Positions 9,697 to 21,102 of a stretch of DNA of 57,089 nt are shown here, one piece after another (the first letter of the stretch is position 1; each line of letters begins with the position of its first letter). This stretch comes from Campylobacteraceae bacterium (GTDB lineage: Bacteria > Campylobacterota > Campylobacteria > Campylobacterales > Sulfurovaceae). Location of the stretch: NCBI GenBank assembly GCA_026996165.1, contig JALWMP010000062.1:1-57089 (forward strand), read 5' to 3'. Under the pieces are notes generated by a model. The model did no database searches. It had not been told where the DNA came from and worked only from the letters and a program-made list of their open reading frames with translations. Position numbers and translations under genes: made by a program.

Positions 9697-11005
9697 ATAT
9701 AGTTTAATTTTTATATTAAGTATAAGTTTACTATATAGTAAAGAGATACTTACTGTATCAGAAGCATATCAGTTAGGACTTTCTCATGCAAATGAGATAA
9801 AGTCTTCTTTCTATCAATATAAAGCAAATGAAGAGAGAATAAAACAACAAGAGTCAAATTTATATCCTCATCTTTCAGTCTCCTCAAATATCAATAGAGG
9901 TTATAATGAATTAAGACGAGAGAGTGCTTATCAAAATGCAGACCTTAGTGAGTCTACAGATAGTATATCAGTTAGCTTTACACAAGTTGTATATGATCCA
10001 TCTATAAATATAAGAACAGATATAGAGAAGAAACAAACGGAACTCTCTTTTTTAAATCACTCTATATTAAAACAAAACTTTGCTACAGAAGTTTTAGAAA
10101 GCTATTTAAAAATACTGAAATCAAGAAATAGAATAGCTGTCTTAGAGTCTTATGTTGATTATTATAGTTCTTTTAAAAAATTAATAGAAGAGAAATTAAA
10201 ACTTAACCTTGTAAGTAAAATGGATCTTTTAGATATAGAAGTAAATCTTGAACAATCAAAGTTACAAGTTACAAAAGAGAGAGAGCTATTAAAAGCTTAT
10301 AAGAAAAACCTATCTTACTTAATAGGTATAGATAGTAAAGAGATAACTCTTCCTCAGAATGAAATAAAGTATATTTCAGAGAATAAGATTCAAGAAATGT
10401 TATCTGTAGTTCAAAACTTTACTCAAATAAGTAATAGTCTTCAATATGTAAAAGCAGAAAAAGGTATTGAACTTATGGAAAAAAAAATAGAAGAGGCTAA
10501 AAGTTCACATCTTCCTAAAGTTAATTTTCAAGCAAACTATAAGAAAAATTTTTCAGATAGTCCTACTACATACTATGATAATACAAAAATATTATCTTTA
10601 CATATAAGTATGCCTATTTATCAGGGGGGTATGGTTAAAGCTCAAATAGAAGAGGCTAAATTGAACAGATTAGCAGCTTTAGAAGATTCAAAAAAGATAG
10701 AAAAAAAAATAGATATTGATTATAAGCAGGAGCTATCTAACTTTGAATATTTGGTTAAAGCAGTGGAGCTTTATCGGAAAGCTTATGAAAAATCTGAACT
10801 GTATCTAAAACTTGCTAATGAGGGTTATAAGAGTGGACTTAAAAGTATAGTAGATATTTATGATGCACAAGCCAAACTAAATGACAATAAATTTAAATAT
10901 ATGCAAAATGTATACGATATGTTTACATCTTATATTAATCTTTTAATTATTACAAATAATATGAAAGAGTTGGTATTGGTAGATAAAATTTTAACTAGAG
11001 GATAA
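9686..11005 (+). CDS. TolC-family outer membrane channel (SapF-like)
   Basis: Signal peptide from ATG 9686 (the ORF track start at 9659 is probably too long). HLPKV, MPIYQGG, GLKSIVDIYDAQ. Follows the ABC and MFP genes. Confidence 0.88.
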   Translation: MKSKYSLIFILSISLLYSKEILTVSEAYQLGLSHANEIKSSFYQYKANEERIKQQESNLYPHLSVSSNINRGYNELRRESAYQNADLSESTDSISVSFTQVVYDPSINIRTDIEKKQTELSFLNHSILKQNFATEVLESYLKILKSRNRIAVLESYVDYYSSFKKLIEEKLKLNLVSKMDLLDIEVNLEQSKLQVTKERELLKAYKKNLSYLIGIDSKEITLPQNEIKYISENKIQEMLSVVQNFTQISNSLQYVKAEKGIELMEKKIEEAKSSHLPKVNFQANYKKNFSDSPTTYYDNTKILSLHISMPIYQGGMVKAQIEEAKLNRLAALEDSKKIEKKIDIDYKQELSNFEYLVKAVELYRKAYEKSELYLKLANEGYKSGLKSIVDIYDAQAKLNDNKFKYMQNVYDMFTSYINLLIITNNMKELVLVDKILTRG

Positions 11006-11008
11006 GTA

Positions 11009-12043
11009 TTGAAAAAAGTAATAATTACAGGAATAACAGGACAAGATGGAGCATATTTAGCTGAATTACTTTTAGAAAAAGGTTATGAAGTTTATGGAAC
11101 ATATAGAAGAACTGCTTCTGTAAACTTTTGGAGACTTAAAGAGTTAGGTATAGAAAATCATAAAAATCTACACTTGGTAGAGTATGATTTAACAGATGCT
11201 ACAAATAGTATAAGAATGGTATCTAAGATTCAGCCTGATGAGATATACAATTTAGCAGCTCAAAGTTTTGTTGGAGTAAGTTTTGAACAGCCTTTAGCAA
11301 CGGCTCATATTACAGGTCTTGGGTGTGTACATCTTTTAGAAGCAATTAGAACTGTTAATCCTAAAATTAAATTTTATCAAGCCTCTACATCTGAGATGTT
11401 TGGAGAGGTACAAGAGATACCTCAAACAGAAAAAACACCATTCTATCCAAGAAGTCCTTATGGTGCTGCAAAGATGTATGCTCATTGGATGGTGATAAAC
11501 TATAGAGAGTCTTACAATATATTTGCTACAAGTGGAATACTCTTTAACCATGAGTCACCATTAAGAGGATTGGAGTTTGTTACTCGTAAGATTACCAATG
11601 CAGTAGCTAAAATTAAATTAGGGAAACTAGATGTTTTAGAGCTTGGAAATATGGATGCAAAGAGAGACTGGGGATTTGCTAAAGAGTATGTTGAGGGAAT
11701 GTACCTTATGCTTCAATCTCAAAAACCAGATACTTATGTTTTAGCAACCAATAGAACTGAAACTGTTAGAGACTTTGTAAAGATGGCATTTAAAGCTGTA
11801 GATATAGAGTTAGAGTTTAAGGGTAAAGATGAAAATGAGATAGCAGTTAATAAGTATACAGGAAAAACTGTTGTAAAGGTAAATCCTAAGTTCTATAGAC
11901 CATCAGAAGTAGACTTACTTATAGGTAACCCCGTGAAAGCAAAAAAAGAGTTAGATTGGGAGCCAAAATGTACACTTGAAGAGTTGTGTAGTATTATGGT
12001 AAAAGCTGATTTAACAAGAAATAAAACAGGTTTTGTATTTTAG
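11009..12043 (+). CDS. gmd: GDP-mannose 4,6-dehydratase
   Basis: [44 protein letters not shown]. Confidence 0.96.
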   Translation: MKKVIITGITGQDGAYLAELLLEKGYEVYGTYRRTASVNFWRLKELGIENHKNLHLVEYDLTDATNSIRMVSKIQPDEIYNLAAQSFVGVSFEQPLATAHITGLGCVHLLEAIRTVNPKIKFYQASTSEMFGEVQEIPQTEKTPFYPRSPYGAAKMYAHWMVINYRESYNIFATSGILFNHESPLRGLEFVTRKITNAVAKIKLGKLDVLELGNMDAKRDWGFAKEYVEGMYLMLQSQKPDTYVLATNRTETVRDFVKMAFKAVDIELEFKGKDENEIAVNKYTGKTVVKVNPKFYRPSEVDLLIGNPVKAKKELDWEPKCTLEELCSIMVKADLTRNKTGFVF

Positions 12044-12925
12044 ATGTCTAATAGAGTTCTTATTACAGGGATAGATAGTTTTACGGGGAAACATTTAGCT
12101 AGTTATCTTGAAAAATTTGATTTTGATGTCTATGGAACATCATTGTCTAGTAGTTCAGATAAAAAATATAGGTGCGATATTACAGATAAAAATCAGATTA
12201 TTAATATTTTAAAAACTCTAAAGCCAAATTATTTTGTTCATTTGTCTGGTATATCTTTTCCTGCTCATATGTATAGTAAAGATTTTTATAAGGTTAATAC
12301 TATTGGAACTACAAATATTTTAGATGCTATTTTAGAAGTTAATTTAACTTTAGAAAAAGTTATACTTGCTAGTAGTGCTACAGTATATGGTAATCAAGGT
12401 GTAGAGGTTCTTGATGAATCACTTTGTCCTCAACCTGCTAACCATTATGGTGCTAGTAAGTACTCTATGGAGTGTTTAGCTAGAGGTTATTTTGAGAAAC
12501 TTCCTATTGTTATTACAAGACCTTTTAACTATACAGGAGTTGGACAGTCTGAAGAGTTTTTAATACCTAAAATAGTTAAACAATTTAAAGAGAATAAAAA
12601 AGAGATAGAACTTGGAAACCTTGATGTAAGTCGTGAGTTTAATGATGTTGATTTTGTAAGTGAAGTCTATAGGCGACTTTTAGAATCTAGTGCAAAATCA
12701 ATAGTTGTAAATATAGCTTCAAATAGAGGTATAAGACTTTTAGATGTAATTGAGATGATGGAGAGTATAGCTGGTTATAAGATGGAAGTTAAAGTAAATC
12801 CTGAATTTGTTCGTAAAGATGAGATAAAGAGTTTAACAGGCTCTTCTAAAAAACTTTTTAATATTATAGGAAGTGTTGAACAGTGTCATTTTGTTCAAAC
12901 ACTAAAAAAGATGTATGAAGCCTAA
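12044..12925 (+). CDS. GDP-4-keto-6-deoxy-D-mannose reductase-like SDR (Rmd/Tld type)
   Basis: SDR with HYGASK, RPFNYTGVGQ and LGNLDVSREF. Directly follows gmd and lacks Fcl features. Confidence 0.75.
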   Translation: MSNRVLITGIDSFTGKHLASYLEKFDFDVYGTSLSSSSDKKYRCDITDKNQIINILKTLKPNYFVHLSGISFPAHMYSKDFYKVNTIGTTNILDAILEVNLTLEKVILASSATVYGNQGVEVLDESLCPQPANHYGASKYSMECLARGYFEKLPIVITRPFNYTGVGQSEEFLIPKIVKQFKENKKEIELGNLDVSREFNDVDFVSEVYRRLLESSAKSIVVNIASNRGIRLLDVIEMMESIAGYKMEVKVNPEFVRKDEIKSLTGSSKKLFNIIGSVEQCHFVQTLKKMYEA

Positions 12926-14033
12926 GATTGTTATAGATAGTATCTCTTTACTCTCTCCATTAACAGGAATAGGTAGATATACATATGAGGTATCAAAAGA
13001 GTTAAAATTAAAAGAGAATTTTGATATTGAGTTTTTTTATGGATATTACTCTCAAAGTTTAGTTGAACCATCTATGAAATCTGAGTTAAAGAATTTTAAA
13101 TCGCTCATAGTCAAAAATCAATTAATTAAAAAATTTGTTCGCAGATTAATATTTCTTTTTAGTAAAATATTAGCACAAAAATATGATTTGTATTGGCAAC
13201 CAAATTTTGTTCCAAATAGTGGTATTAAAGCAGATAGAGTAGTAACTTCTGTTCATGATTTTTCATTTATATTACATAGAGATTTTCACCCTAAGGAGAG
13301 AGTTGAATATCTTGAAAAGTATTTTTTTAAAAATATTATTAGAAGTAATATTATAATTACAGGTTCAGAATTTTCAAAACAAGAAATTTTGCAAAGATTA
13401 GACTTTCGTAGCGAACAAGTTAGAGTTGTCTATCATGGAATTGATCACAATTTATTTAAAGTTTATAATGAAATAGAGGTAGATTTTGAACTACCTAAAA
13501 GATTTATATTTTGTGTTGGAAGCATAGAGCCAAGAAAAAATTTAATAGGACTATTGAAGGCATATAACAGTTTAGATAGGAAGACTAAACGAGAGTATAA
13601 ACTTCTTTTAGCTGGGTTTAAAGGTTGGGAGAATAAAGAGATAATAGAGTTAATTGAACAAAATAGAGAAGATATTAGCTATTTGGGCTTTGTCTCCGAT
13701 ATTGAATTAGCAAAAGTCTATAACCTTGCATCACTGTTTGTCTTTCCCTCTTTTTATGAGGGATTTGGACTACCTGTGCTTGAGGCAATGGCTTGTGGAA
13801 CTCCTGTTGTATGCTCAGATACTACATCTATTCCAGAGGTAGGAGGAGATGCTGTAGTGTACTGTAATCCTTATGATGTAGATGATATAAAAGAGAAGAT
13901 AAAGATGGTTTTAAATAATAAAAAGTTACAACAAACAATGGTAGCAAAAGGACTTGTTCGAGTAAGAGAGTTTACTTGGAAGAAATCAGCTAGAGAACAT
14001 ACAAAAATCTTTGAAGAGGTATTGAAAAGTTGA
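12915..14033 (+). CDS. GT4 glycosyltransferase (WbdB/WbpY-like)
   Basis: [35 protein letters not shown]. Confidence 0.88.
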   Translation: MKPKIVIDSISLLSPLTGIGRYTYEVSKELKLKENFDIEFFYGYYSQSLVEPSMKSELKNFKSLIVKNQLIKKFVRRLIFLFSKILAQKYDLYWQPNFVPNSGIKADRVVTSVHDFSFILHRDFHPKERVEYLEKYFFKNIIRSNIIITGSEFSKQEILQRLDFRSEQVRVVYHGIDHNLFKVYNEIEVDFELPKRFIFCVGSIEPRKNLIGLLKAYNSLDRKTKREYKLLLAGFKGWENKEIIELIEQNREDISYLGFVSDIELAKVYNLASLFVFPSFYEGFGLPVLEAMACGTPVVCSDTTSIPEVGGDAVVYCNPYDVDDIKEKIKMVLNNKKLQQTMVAKGLVRVREFTWKKSAREHTKIFEEVLKS

Positions 14034-15118
14034 AAATAGCAGTAGTACATGATTGGCTTGTTACCAATGCAGGAGCAGAAAAGGTTTTAAAGGCTATTTT
14101 AGAGATTTACCCTAATGCAGACATTTTTTCTCTTGTTGACTTTTTAAATAAAGAAGATAGAGAGGTAGTTTTACAAGGAAAATATGCAAAAACCTCTTTT
14201 ATACAAAAACTTCCATTTGCAAAGAAGTATTTTAGACATTATCTACCATTATTTCCAAAAGCGATTGAGAGTTTTGATTTAAGTAGTTATGACTTAATTA
14301 TCTCTTCTTCTTGGGCAGTAGCAAAGGGGGTTAAAAAGAGAGATAGTCAGACTCATATCTCCTACTGCTATACACCCATTAGATATGCTTGGGATTTATA
14401 TGATGAGTATACTAAAGATTTAAAACAACCCAAAAAATTTTTTGTAAAAGTCAGTTTAAAATATATACGCCATTGGGATTTGAAAACACTCAATAGAGTT
14501 GACTACTTTATCGCTGACTCAAAATTTGTTCAAGAAAGAATAAAAAGAATCTATAATAGAGATTCAAAAGTTATCTACCCACCTGTAGATATTGAAAAAT
14601 TTACTCTATATGAACAAAAAGAGGAGTTCTATCTCTCTGCTTCGAGATTGGTTTCATATAAAAAAACAAAACTAATAGTTGAAGCTTTTAATAGTATGTC
14701 AGATAAGAGGCTTATAGTTATAGGAGCAGGTGAAGAGTATGAAGAGATTAAAAAAATAGCAAAGAGAAACATAACAGTTTTGGGTTATCAAAAAGATGAT
14801 ATTTTAGTCTCTTATATGCAAAGAGCCAAAGCTTTTGTTTATGGTGCTATTGAAGATTTTGGAATAGTCCCAATAGAAGCTATGGCATGTGGAACACCTG
14901 TTGTCGCTTTAAATATTGGTGGAACAGCAGAGACGGTTATAGATGGACTTAATGGTGTACATTTTAATAGACAGACAAAAGAGGATATTTGTAAGGCTAT
15001 TGACAGATTTGAGAAGTTAGAGTTTAATCCATCTATCGTAAGAGAGACTACTTTTAGATATACCAAGTTTAAATATGAATTTAAAAAAAATTTAGATGAT
15101 AAAATAAATAAGATATAA
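14030..15118 (+). CDS. GT4 glycosyltransferase (WbaZ-like mannosyltransferase)
   Basis: [37 protein letters not shown]. Confidence 0.88.
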   Translation: MKIAVVHDWLVTNAGAEKVLKAILEIYPNADIFSLVDFLNKEDREVVLQGKYAKTSFIQKLPFAKKYFRHYLPLFPKAIESFDLSSYDLIISSSWAVAKGVKKRDSQTHISYCYTPIRYAWDLYDEYTKDLKQPKKFFVKVSLKYIRHWDLKTLNRVDYFIADSKFVQERIKRIYNRDSKVIYPPVDIEKFTLYEQKEEFYLSASRLVSYKKTKLIVEAFNSMSDKRLIVIGAGEEYEEIKKIAKRNITVLGYQKDDILVSYMQRAKAFVYGAIEDFGIVPIEAMACGTPVVALNIGGTAETVIDGLNGVHFNRQTKEDICKAIDRFEKLEFNPSIVRETTFRYTKFKYEFKKNLDDKINKI

Positions 15119-15125
15119 TTTTATT

Positions 15126-16442
15126 ATGAAAAAATATCTATTAAACTTTATTATTATAATGATTGATATTTTATTTTTAGTTGGATTGTTCTATTTAACA
15201 CTTTTCATAAGAGTAAACTTACATGGCTTTCATATATCAGAGTTCAATGCGTTTTTATTGTCTGATTTCTCTTTTGTGATTTTCATTATATTCTCTTTAC
15301 TATATTATGAAAAAATCTATATATTTAGGTATGATTTTTGGCAAGAGACACAAAAGATACTCAAATCTTTTATTATTGGTTTCTTAATGGTGTTATCATT
15401 ACTAACACTCACTAAAACAAACTTAGAGTACTCAAGACTCTTTATAGGAGTATACTTTGCATTAGGAATGCTTTTAATGCCTATATTTAAAAGATACACC
15501 AAAAAGATACTCTACAGTTTTGATTTTTTTAAAAAGAGAGTATTGGTTATAGGTATAGAAGAACAAGTCAACATATTTAAAAAAGAGTTTGAAAATAATT
15601 GGTACTTAGGAGAGAAGTACTCAAAAGATAACTTTGATGCAGTCATAATATCTTCAAAAGATATGCCAATAGAGAGAGTAAATCAACTACTTGTAAAGTA
15701 CCTAGATACAAATAGAGACTTGTATGTAGTACCATATATTAGAGATATTAACTTTGCTAACTCAAATATTATGGAGTATTCAAACATAAGACACAATACT
15801 ATACATGTAGAGAATAAACTCTTAATACAGAGAAATATTTTAATAAAAAATGGTTTCGATAAGCTAATGGTACTTTTGTTATTTCCTTTTTTTTTACTAC
15901 TACATATTGCAATAAGCTTAGCTATTAAGCTAGATTCAAAAGGTAGTGTTTGGTTTAAGCAACATAGATTAGGAAAAGATGATATTGATTTTGAAGTTTA
16001 TAAATATAGAACCATGTATACTAATGGAGATGAATTGTTAAAAGAGTATTTGAAAAAAAATCCAAATGAGATAGAATATTATGAAAAATTTCATAAGTAC
16101 AAAAATGACCCACGCATTACAAAAGTAGGGAAGTTTTTAAGAGCAACATCACTAGATGAACTACCTCAACTTATAAATGTACTAAAAGGTGATATGAGTT
16201 TAGTAGGTCCAAGACCTTATATGTTAAATGAAAGTGACAAACTAAAAGAGTATAAAGATTTTATACTAAAGGTAAAACCAGGTATTACAGGACTTTGGCA
16301 AGTAAGTGGAAGAAACAATCTAACCTTTAAAGAGAGAAATGAACTTGAAGTTTGGTACATAAGAAATTGGTCTTTGTGGGCTGATTTAGTAATACTTATA
16401 AAAACTATAAAAGTAGTATTCTATAAAGTTGGGGCAAGATAG
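15126..16442 (+). CDS. initiating undecaprenyl-phosphate hexose-1-phosphate transferase (WbaP-like)
   Basis: N-terminal TM segments. KYRTM, DPRITKVG, SLDELPQL, VGPRP, PGITGLWQVSGR. Confidence 0.92.
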   Translation: MKKYLLNFIIIMIDILFLVGLFYLTLFIRVNLHGFHISEFNAFLLSDFSFVIFIIFSLLYYEKIYIFRYDFWQETQKILKSFIIGFLMVLSLLTLTKTNLEYSRLFIGVYFALGMLLMPIFKRYTKKILYSFDFFKKRVLVIGIEEQVNIFKKEFENNWYLGEKYSKDNFDAVIISSKDMPIERVNQLLVKYLDTNRDLYVVPYIRDINFANSNIMEYSNIRHNTIHVENKLLIQRNILIKNGFDKLMVLLLFPFFLLLHIAISLAIKLDSKGSVWFKQHRLGKDDIDFEVYKYRTMYTNGDELLKEYLKKNPNEIEYYEKFHKYKNDPRITKVGKFLRATSLDELPQLINVLKGDMSLVGPRPYMLNESDKLKEYKDFILKVKPGITGLWQVSGRNNLTFKERNELEVWYIRNWSLWADLVILIKTIKVVFYKVGAR

Positions 16443-17648
16443 ATGGTTAAAATAGATTATGATAAAACTATATACTATATGACTTTAGCATTGGCTTTTA
16501 GTATGCCTTTGTCTCGTGCGATGATTAGTGCTTTAGTTGTGTTATTAATACTCTTTTGGATACTCGAAAAAGATTTTAAAGACAAATATAGACAGATAGT
16601 ATCAAGTAGACTTCTTGTAGCTATATCCATATATTTACTCTTTAGTGCTATATCGGTTATATGGTCATCTAATATAGATGAAGCACTAAATATGATGCGA
16701 CTAAATATATATTGGTTGGTTATATTTGTAATTGCCACCAAAATAAAAAAAGAGCAGATAAACTCTATAATCAATGCTTTTTTAATAGGTATGTTTATAA
16801 GTGAATCTATAGCCTATGGTGTCTTTTTTGAACTATGGAAATTCAAATATGCAACTGTTGGAAATCCTAGTCCATTTATGTTTTGGATAGACTATAGTGT
16901 ATTTATGGCATTTACCTCCTTGTTACTTCTAAATAGGATTTTCTCCAAAAACTATACTTTCAAAGAAAAGATTATGTTTGTTTTCTTTTTTACAACGGTT
17001 ACAGGTAATCTTTTTTTAGCCATTGGTAGAACAGGTCAAGTGGCTTTTATAGCAGGAGTACTAGTACTAATGATTATGCGATATAGATTTACTTTTAAAT
17101 CTATTTTTATGACAGTTCTTACACTTGGTATTATTTTGACAACAGCTTATAGTATAAGCAATACCTTTAAAATGAGAACAAATGTTGCTATAGAAGATAT
17201 AAAAAACATATCAAATATGAACTTTGAAGGCTCTTGGGGCATTAGAGTAGCATATTGGATTACTTCATATCATATTTTTAAAGAACATCCAGTTATAGGT
17301 GTAGGAGTTGGTGATTTTCAAGATGAAACAAAAAAACTTTTACAAAGTGACAACTACCCATATCTAAATAGTGAGACAAAAGAGTTTATGAGTAACCATC
17401 ACCCTCATAATCAATTTCTACTTGTAGCTATGCAGATGGGAGTAGTAGGATTAGTTCTATTTATATATATGATTTATCAAATAATAAGATTGAAGATTAA
17501 AGATAGAGAGATTAAAGAACTTTCTATACTCTTTGTTACTGTATTTTTTGTGAGTTGCTTTGCAGAGCCTCTACTTCTTAAACAGTTTACTTTAGTTCTT
17601 TTTATTTTGTTTGTTGGACTATTTGCTACTCAAGAGCAAAAAATCTAA
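16443..17648 (+). CDS. O-antigen ligase / O-oligosaccharyltransferase family (Wzy_C) protein
   Basis: Polytopic membrane protein with GRTG, SWGIR..W, HPVIGVG and HPHNQFL. Confidence 0.85.
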   Translation: MVKIDYDKTIYYMTLALAFSMPLSRAMISALVVLLILFWILEKDFKDKYRQIVSSRLLVAISIYLLFSAISVIWSSNIDEALNMMRLNIYWLVIFVIATKIKKEQINSIINAFLIGMFISESIAYGVFFELWKFKYATVGNPSPFMFWIDYSVFMAFTSLLLLNRIFSKNYTFKEKIMFVFFFTTVTGNLFLAIGRTGQVAFIAGVLVLMIMRYRFTFKSIFMTVLTLGIILTTAYSISNTFKMRTNVAIEDIKNISNMNFEGSWGIRVAYWITSYHIFKEHPVIGVGVGDFQDETKKLLQSDNYPYLNSETKEFMSNHHPHNQFLLVAMQMGVVGLVLFIYMIYQIIRLKIKDREIKELSILFVTVFFVSCFAEPLLLKQFTLVLFILFVGLFATQEQKI

Positions 17649-17707
17649 ATATAAAGTTAAAAACTATATAATTATATAAAATTTAATATTAAAAAGTATC
17701 TTAAAAT

Positions 17708-19081
17708 ATGATAAACATTATTTTATGTGGTGGAAATGGTACAAGGCTTTGGCCAGTTAGTCGTACTCTTATGCCAAAACAGTTTGTAAAGCTTTTCAAT
17801 GACAATTCTCTTTTTCAACTAACAGTAAAGAGAAATCAAGATGTCTGTAAAGAGCAGTTTATAGTCTCAAATGCAGAGCAGTACTTTTTGGCACTAGACC
17901 AACTTGAAGAGTTACAATGTGCTACAAATAAGTTCTTGCTTGAACCTGTTGGAAGAAACACAGCCCCTGCTATTGCTCTTGCTTGTTTTGCTCTTAATCC
18001 TGAAGATATAGTACTTGTCTCTCCCTCTGACCATCTCATAAAAAATCAAGAGGCCTATTCTGTAGTATTGCAAGAGGCAAAGAGATTAGCCCAACAAAAC
18101 AACCTTGTTACTTTTGGTATTACACCAACATTTGCCCAAACAGGTTTTGGGTACATAGAGGCTAATGGCAATGATGTTTTAGCCTTTCATGAAAAACCAG
18201 ATGCAAAAACTGCAAAAGAGTATGTTGAGTCTGGAAACTTCTACTGGAACAGTGGTATGTTCTGTTTTAAAGCAGGTATCTTTTTAGAAGAGCTTCAAAA
18301 GTTCTCTCCTGAGATTTATCAAGCATCTTTAGATGCTTTTAAAAATGCTTCTAAAAATAGTATCTATCGTATAGCTCATAAAGATATGGCAAATATACCT
18401 GAAGATAGCATAGACTATGCAGTTATGGAAAAATCAGAGAGAGTAAAAGTAGTAGCTTCCAACATAGGTTGGTCAGACCTTGGAAGTTTTGATGCTTTGG
18501 ATAAAGAGTTTGAAACAGATGAAAATGGTAATACAAAAGATAAAAATCTTTTGGCAATAGACTCTAAAAATAACTTTGTATATAGTAGCAACAGGCTCAT
18601 CGCTACAGTTGATATAGATGACTTAATAGTAGTAGATACTCCTGATGCTCTACTTCTTAGTAAAAAAGGTAACTCTCAAAAGATTAAAGATATTGTCAAA
18701 CAACTAAAAGGAAGAGAGAGTACTCTACACCATATTCACCTTACAGTTCATAGACCATGGGGAACTTATACTGTTTTAGAAGATGGATTAGGATATAAAA
18801 TTAAAAAAATTGTAGTAAAACCTACTAAAAGATTAAGTCTACAAAAACACCTACATAGAAGTGAACACTGGATAGTAGTAGAGGGAACAGCACTAGTAAC
18901 CATAGGTAAAAAAGAGATTCTCATAAAACAAAATGAGTCAACATATATTCCTATAGATGAGTTACATAGACTTGAAAATCCTAGTAAAGTAGACGATGTG
19001 GTCTTGATAGAGGTTCAAGTTGGTGAGTATCTTGGTGAAGATGATATTATAAGAGTTGAAGATGACTATAAAAGAGAATAG
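17708..19081 (+). CDS. manC: mannose-1-phosphate guanylyltransferase / mannose-6-phosphate isomerase
   Basis: GGNGTRLWPVSR, PKQF, EPVGRNTAPA, WSDLGS. Cupin domain with RPWG and HRSEHW. Confidence 0.95.
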   Translation: MINIILCGGNGTRLWPVSRTLMPKQFVKLFNDNSLFQLTVKRNQDVCKEQFIVSNAEQYFLALDQLEELQCATNKFLLEPVGRNTAPAIALACFALNPEDIVLVSPSDHLIKNQEAYSVVLQEAKRLAQQNNLVTFGITPTFAQTGFGYIEANGNDVLAFHEKPDAKTAKEYVESGNFYWNSGMFCFKAGIFLEELQKFSPEIYQASLDAFKNASKNSIYRIAHKDMANIPEDSIDYAVMEKSERVKVVASNIGWSDLGSFDALDKEFETDENGNTKDKNLLAIDSKNNFVYSSNRLIATVDIDDLIVVDTPDALLLSKKGNSQKIKDIVKQLKGRESTLHHIHLTVHRPWGTYTVLEDGLGYKIKKIVVKPTKRLSLQKHLHRSEHWIVVEGTALVTIGKKEILIKQNESTYIPIDELHRLENPSKVDDVVLIEVQVGEYLGEDDIIRVEDDYKRE

Positions 19082-19876
19082 ATGAAGCAGATACTTTTAG
19101 CAATTTGGGGCTATAGAGATTTTATACTTTCGTCTATAAAAACAGAGTTCAAATCTCGTTTTGCTAGAAGTAAACTTGGTGGGTTTTGGATGGTACTTCA
19201 TCCCTTAGCTTTAGTTCTTATATATGCTCTTATTCTTTCTCAAATTATGAAAGCAAAGCTACCAGAAGTAGAGACACAATATGCCTACCCAATATATATA
19301 CTTTCAGGCATGGTTGCTTGGACACTCTTTTCTGAAATTTTAAGTCGTCTTCTTACTGTTTTTATAGATAATGCAAATCTACTTAAAAAAGTATCTTTTC
19401 CAAAACTTACACTCCCTCTTATAACTATAGGTGGAGCTTTTATTAACTTTTTAATGCTCTTTTTAATGATGTTTATTGTTTTTGGTTTTTTAGGGCATCT
19501 TCCCTATCATGCTTTAGGTTGGTTGCCCCCTTTGGTAGTTCTAACCATAGCTCTTGCAACTGGAATAGGTATCTTTTTTGGTGTTCTAAATGTTTTTATA
19601 AGAGATATTGGGCAAGTGATGAATATTGTACTACAATTTTGGTTTTGGTTAACTCCTATTGTCTATATGAGTTCTATTATACCACAAAAATACCATTGGC
19701 TTTTGATGTTAAATCCAATGACAGGAGTAACCATGGGTTATCAAAATATTTTGCTTTATGACAAAGTGCCAAATTTTACTATTTTAATTTATCCTACTAT
19801 GGTTACTCTATTATTTTTAACTCTTGCTTTAGTAATTTTTAAAAAAGCTAATGAAGAGATGGCAGATGTACTATGA
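19082..19876 (+). CDS. wzm: O-polysaccharide ABC transporter permease
   Basis: SKLGGFW..LHPL, KKVSFP, FIRDI, TPIVY, LNP. Confidence 0.92.
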   Translation: MKQILLAIWGYRDFILSSIKTEFKSRFARSKLGGFWMVLHPLALVLIYALILSQIMKAKLPEVETQYAYPIYILSGMVAWTLFSEILSRLLTVFIDNANLLKKVSFPKLTLPLITIGGAFINFLMLFLMMFIVFGFLGHLPYHALGWLPPLVVLTIALATGIGIFFGVLNVFIRDIGQVMNIVLQFWFWLTPIVYMSSIIPQKYHWLLMLNPMTGVTMGYQNILLYDKVPNFTILIYPTMVTLLFLTLALVIFKKANEEMADVL

Positions 19877-21102
19877 GTAGTAGTGTTTTAGAAGTAAAAA
19901 ATATCTGTAAATCTTTTATTGATTACAGAAGTGAATGGCAAAGAGTCTTTTCTTGGTTTGGAGTTAAAAGTAAAGGTAGCGAAGAGCATAAGATTTTAAA
20001 ACATATTAGTTTCTCTATAGCATCTGGAGAAGCAATAGGTATAGTTGGACAAAATGGTGCAGGAAAGAGTACACTGCTTAAAATTATTACAGGTACATTA
20101 AAGCCCTCTGCTGGAACACTCTCTGTAACAGGAAGAATCTCTGCCATATTAGAGCTAGGAATGGGTTTTGACCCAAACTTAACAGGAAGAGAAAATGTTT
20201 ACCACTCAGCAGGTATTATGGGTTTTACGCATAAGCAGGTAAATGAGGTTATAGATAAAGTTGAATCATTTATTGAGATTGGTAACTACTTTGATGAACC
20301 TATTAGAACTTACTCTAGTGGTATGCAGATGCGAGTAGCATTTGGTGTAGCAACAATGTATAGACCAGAAATCCTCATAGTAGATGAAGCACTCTCTGTA
20401 GGTGATGCCTACTTTCAACATAAAAGTTTTGAAAAGATACGCGAATTTCAAAGAGCAGGAACAACTCTTCTTCTAGTCTCTCATGATAAAGGAGCTATTC
20501 AGGCTATTTGTAATAGAGCTATTTTACTTGAAAAAGGAGCTATTATTAAAGATGGTGATCCTGAAGAGATTATGGATTTTTACAATGCACTTATAGCCCA
20601 AAAGGGGAATTCTATACTAAATCAAATAAAAAAAGAGGATGGTAGAGTAGAGACCATCTCTGGCACAGGTGAAGTAGAGATAGAAAAAATAAAACTCCTA
20701 AATAGTAAAAAGGAGAGTGTTGAGTATATCTCTGTTGGAGAGAGAGTAGAGTTGTACATAGAGGTCAAAGTTAACAAACCAGTACCTCAAATAGTCATAG
20801 GATATATGATAAAAGATAGACTAGGACAACCCATCTTTGGAACAAACACACACCACCATAAAAAAGTTGTAACAAACCCAAAAAAAGATGACAAGCTACT
20901 CTATAGTTTCTCTTTTCCTATGAACTTGGGTATTGGTTCTTACTCCATAACTGTAGCTATTCATGGAGAAGATACACATCTAGCAAATAATTATCAATGG
21001 AGAGACCAAGCACTAATATTTAATGTTATAAACACCTCAAAAGAGGAGTTTGTAGGTTTAGCTTGGTTAGAACAAAAAGTAGAGGTAGAGTATGTCAAAT
21101 AG
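19873..21102 (+). CDS. wzt: O-polysaccharide ABC transporter ATPase with C-terminal carbohydrate-binding domain
   Basis: GQNGAGKST, YSSGMQMR, DEALSVGDAYF, plus a ~160-aa C-terminal beta domain. Confidence 0.93.
   Translation: MSSSVLEVKNICKSFIDYRSEWQRVFSWFGVKSKGSEEHKILKHISFSIASGEAIGIVGQNGAGKSTLLKIITGTLKPSAGTLSVTGRISAILELGMGFDPNLTGRENVYHSAGIMGFTHKQVNEVIDKVESFIEIGNYFDEPIRTYSSGMQMRVAFGVATMYRPEILIVDEALSVGDAYFQHKSFEKIREFQRAGTTLLLVSHDKGAIQAICNRAILLEKGAIIKDGDPEEIMDFYNALIAQKGNSILNQIKKEDGRVETISGTGEVEIEKIKLLNSKKESVEYISVGERVELYIEVKVNKPVPQIVIGYMIKDRLGQPIFGTNTHHHKKVVTNPKKDDKLLYSFSFPMNLGIGSYSITVAIHGEDTHLANNYQWRDQALIFNVINTSKEEFVGLAWLEQKVEVEYVK

Noticed and set aside
10624-10629. G6 tract in tolC as a phase-variation site
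   Set aside because: Too short, and it encodes the conserved QGG of TolC proteins.
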